This document shows, in pieces, positions 60,236 through 64,000 of a stretch of 64,000 nt of DNA (position 1 is its first letter; each line of letters opens with the position of its first letter). The translations under genes and the position numbers were made by a program. This DNA is from Candidatus Freyarchaeum deiterrae (GTDB lineage Archaea; Asgardarchaeota; Jordiarchaeia; Jordiarchaeales; Jordiarchaeaceae), in contig CP147778.1 in the NCBI GenBank assembly GCA_037305845.1, positions 3,232,001 to 3,296,000 on the forward strand, given 5' to 3'. Under the pieces are notes generated by a model. That model was not told the origin of the DNA and did not search any database. It worked only from the letters and a program-made list of their open reading frames with translations.

Positions 60236-60604
60236 TTAGAAGCTCAGAACAGCGTCCGCGTCTAACAATAGATCGTTCAGCGTCGCTGCGCCCACAACTT
60301 TAGAATCTTTAACGAATGAGCCTTTGTCTATTCCTAGTAGCATGCAGCTCTGCTCACAAACCTGAAGCTTCACGCCGGCCTTTATTGCTTGATTCATTAC
60401 ATCCTTGAGTGAAGGGAAGCTTCCGAGCTTTATTTTCTCCGCTTCGCCCTTTTTGACTACTGTGACCCCTTTGATGACAAAGTATATGGTTGCGTCAACG
60501 CCCATAGCGGCTGCTGTCGCGCCGAGAATGAATGGAGCGTACAATCTCTCAGGTGTATCCGTTCCGCTGGTCTGAACATACAAGATTTTTTGCTTTTCCG
60601 CCAT
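60236..60604 (-). CDS. DsrE family sulfur-relay protein
   Basis: PERLYAPF, VCEQSC, VVGAATL. ATG 60604 follows GGAGG (track start 60619). Confidence 0.85.
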   Translation of the reverse strand: MAEKQKILYVQTSGTDTPERLYAPFILGATAAAMGVDATIYFVIKGVTVVKKGEAEKIKLGSFPSLKDVMNQAIKAGVKLQVCEQSCMLLGIDKGSFVKDSKVVGAATLNDLLLDADAVLSF

Positions 60605-60624
60605 TTTTTTCTCCTCCATTTATT

Positions 60625-60853
60625 TGTTTTTTTATGAAAATATGAACTGGTTATGTCTCTTCTAGTGTCGGTTGGTTCCTGTCCGAGCCTTCTGACTGGA
60701 CTATTAATATCCTCCTCCGCAGCGTGGTCGTTTACTGTAACCTACAATATTTCATCAGTGGAAATCTTGTCAATCTCCATCCGGGTTCTAAATACTGGCT
60801 CAGGACAACGGAAACCAGTATAATTTAGTATATTCTGTTTGGTTTTATACTAT
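60625..60853 (-). pseudogene. tusA: TusA/SirA sulfurtransferase pseudogene
   Basis: Reads TGFRCPEPVFRTRMEIDKISTDEIL*VTVNDHAAEEDI (CPxP motif). In-frame TAG at 60742-60744, 5' frameshift, and ATG lost after an intact GGAGGT SD. Confidence 0.8.
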
Positions 60854-60887
60854 AAGCTTTTTCTACCTCCTATTTTACATTGTTCAA

Positions 60888-61481
60888 TTATCTTGAAAGC
60901 TGAAAGATTCCTATCTCTCCGAATAAATTTGGAAATATTCTTACCATCCTATTTTTTCTTATAAAAGCCGAATTCTCGATTTTAATGCTTCTCTTATTAC
61001 AAAATTCGATAAAGTCTAAAATGCTCAGAAAGTGCAGGTTCGGTGTATCATACCACTGATAAGGAAGCGCAGGGGTCACCGGAACCCTTCCTCCAAAAAA
61101 TATTTTGAATCTAGTATCCCAGTAACAAAAATTTGGGAAACCGACAATAGTTTTTTCAGCTACTCGCATGGCTTCCTTTAATACAAAACCTGGTTTTTTC
61201 ACTTGCTGAAGACTCTGATTTAGTATGGTATAATTAAAGGACTTATCTGGATATTCAGACAGTCCGGTGTCAATATCCTGTTGAAACACGCTTAGCCCCC
61301 GACTCACACATTCATGGATTTTCTGTTCGTCGATATCTATTCCTTGACCATGAACCTGCTTCACTTTTGTAAGAATAGACAATAACTCTCCGTCACCGCA
61401 GCCAAGGTCCAATACAGATGAATGCTTTGGGATCCATCCAAGAATGATTCCGTGTTCTAATTTAGTATAATCACGTGTCAT
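60888..61481 (-). CDS. metW: Methionine biosynthesis protein MetW
   Basis: [32 protein letters not shown]. Overlaps the metX stop. Confidence 0.92.
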   Translation of the reverse strand: MTRDYTKLEHGIILGWIPKHSSVLDLGCGDGELLSILTKVKQVHGQGIDIDEQKIHECVSRGLSVFQQDIDTGLSEYPDKSFNYTILNQSLQQVKKPGFVLKEAMRVAEKTIVGFPNFCYWDTRFKIFFGGRVPVTPALPYQWYDTPNLHFLSILDFIEFCNKRSIKIENSAFIRKNRMVRIFPNLFGEIGIFQLSR

Positions 61482-62628
61482 TTTTACCAGATACCTCGCA
61501 CCCGTTTAACACGGTTTTTAAGAAATGTTTGATTAGATGTGTTTCTTCCTCGACTTCCAAAAGGAATGCATCATGGCCGTAGGTGGAGTTAATCTCGCAA
61601 TACGTAGCGTCCACCCCTGCCAACTTGCAAGCCTTCACAATTTCTTGGGATTGATATGCTGGATACAGCCAGTCTGATTTGAACGCTATAACGAGAACCT
61701 TGGCTTTTAATCCCTTGAAAATTTCATTGATATTTTTCCCGTTTAAAATATTGAAGTAATCGTTAGCTTTAGTGATGTAGAGATAGGAGTTGGCATCAAA
61801 CCTTCTAACAAAGCTATCTCCTCTGTACTTCAGATATCCTTCTACTTCAAAGTCAGTTCCAAATTTAAACGGCTGTTTGTCAACCGTAAATCGCCTGCCG
61901 AATTTCTCAGTCATTGAAGTATCGCTCATATAAGTTATGTGCCCTACCATTCTGGCTACAGATAACCCTTTGGCTGGTGGTGAATGTCCGTAGTAATTGC
62001 CGTTTTTCCAATCGGGGTCAGCCATAATTGCCTGTCGGCCCACTTCATTGAATGCGATTTGTTGAGGAGTGTGCTTCAAAGTTGTCGCAATGGGGATCGC
62101 GGAGAGTATTCTATCGGGATAAGAAACCATCCACTGTAAAACCTGCATTCCTCCCATTGATCCACCGACTACCGTCAAGAGCTTTTCAATTCCCAGATGG
62201 TCTATCAAGTGACGCTGCGCGTTTACCATATCTTTAATAGTTACTATTGGGAATTCGAGCGCATACGGTTTATTAGTTTTCGGATTTAATGTGGACGGAC
62301 CTGTTGAGCCCTTGCAACCTCCTATCACATTTGAACAAATAACAAAATATTTCTCCGTGTCCAAACCCTTACCAGGCCCTATCATCACATCCCACCACCC
62401 CTGATTTTTATCCCCCTCATGAAATCCTGCTGCATGAGCATCTCCAGAGAAGGCGTGTAGGACTAGGACTGCGTTAGATTTTTGCTCATTGAGTTTGCCG
62501 TATGTCTCGTAAGCCAGAGTGATTGGACCAAGCTTTTCTCCAGATTCAAGAGCTAATTCGTTTGGCGGATTTGCAAATGTAAAATACTTCGTCTCCACGG
62601 TTTCTACACTTTCGCTACATTCAGTCAT
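61471..62628 (-). CDS. metX: Homoserine O-acetyltransferase
   Basis: HAFSGD, GGSMGG, RFDANSY, YGHDAFL. Confidence 0.95.
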   Translation of the reverse strand: MTECSESVETVETKYFTFANPPNELALESGEKLGPITLAYETYGKLNEQKSNAVLVLHAFSGDAHAAGFHEGDKNQGWWDVMIGPGKGLDTEKYFVICSNVIGGCKGSTGPSTLNPKTNKPYALEFPIVTIKDMVNAQRHLIDHLGIEKLLTVVGGSMGGMQVLQWMVSYPDRILSAIPIATTLKHTPQQIAFNEVGRQAIMADPDWKNGNYYGHSPPAKGLSVARMVGHITYMSDTSMTEKFGRRFTVDKQPFKFGTDFEVEGYLKYRGDSFVRRFDANSYLYITKANDYFNILNGKNINEIFKGLKAKVLVIAFKSDWLYPAYQSQEIVKACKLAGVDATYCEINSTYGHDAFLLEVEEETHLIKHFLKTVLNGCEVSGKNDT

Positions 62629-62686
62629 TATTTATCACCACACAGGAATGCAACAAAAAAATTATGCAGTGCTGCTGCCAGTGATT

Positions 62687-64000
<1,314 letters not shown>

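Noticed and set aside
60742-60744. Pyrrolysine/readthrough at the in-frame TAG of tusA
   Set aside because: The same gene also has a lost start codon and a frameshift, so decay is the simpler explanation.

Overview
Archaeal chromosomal window. A TBP, a crenarchaeal-type single-OB SSB and a longin-domain protein suggest an Asgard or related TACK lineage (inference, no marker phylogeny run). It holds about 55 genes of mixed accessory metabolism and signalling. Metabolic genes include an MtrH-like methyltransferase, an atypical B12-dependent acyl-CoA mutase, SDRs, an FGGY kinase, IlvD and a metY-metX-metW-(tusA pseudogene)-dsrE-thiouridylase sulfur cluster. Signalling genes include five KaiC/RAD55-like ATPase-fold genes (four with degenerate P-loops), a PAS/GAF histidine kinase with response regulator, and three tandem Cys-conserved V4R-like genes. 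Tandem paralog expansion recurs (KaiC-like x3, ABC ATPase x3, V4R-like x3). One complete tnpB-only IS200/IS605 element has a RuvC-I D-to-N change and splits a host gene after codon 2. A second TnpB N-terminal relic is fused in frame to an SDR. The most novel signals are two unannotated minus-strand structured RNA candidates, each with its own BRE/TATA promoter and a small orphan gene downstream: a ~120-nt kink-turn RNA displaying CCUCCUCCC anti-Shine-Dalgarno motifs (14281-14400) and a ~240-nt pseudoknotted RNA (41521-41759). No rRNA, tRNA or CRISPR array was seen. All protein calls come from motif recognition, not database searches.
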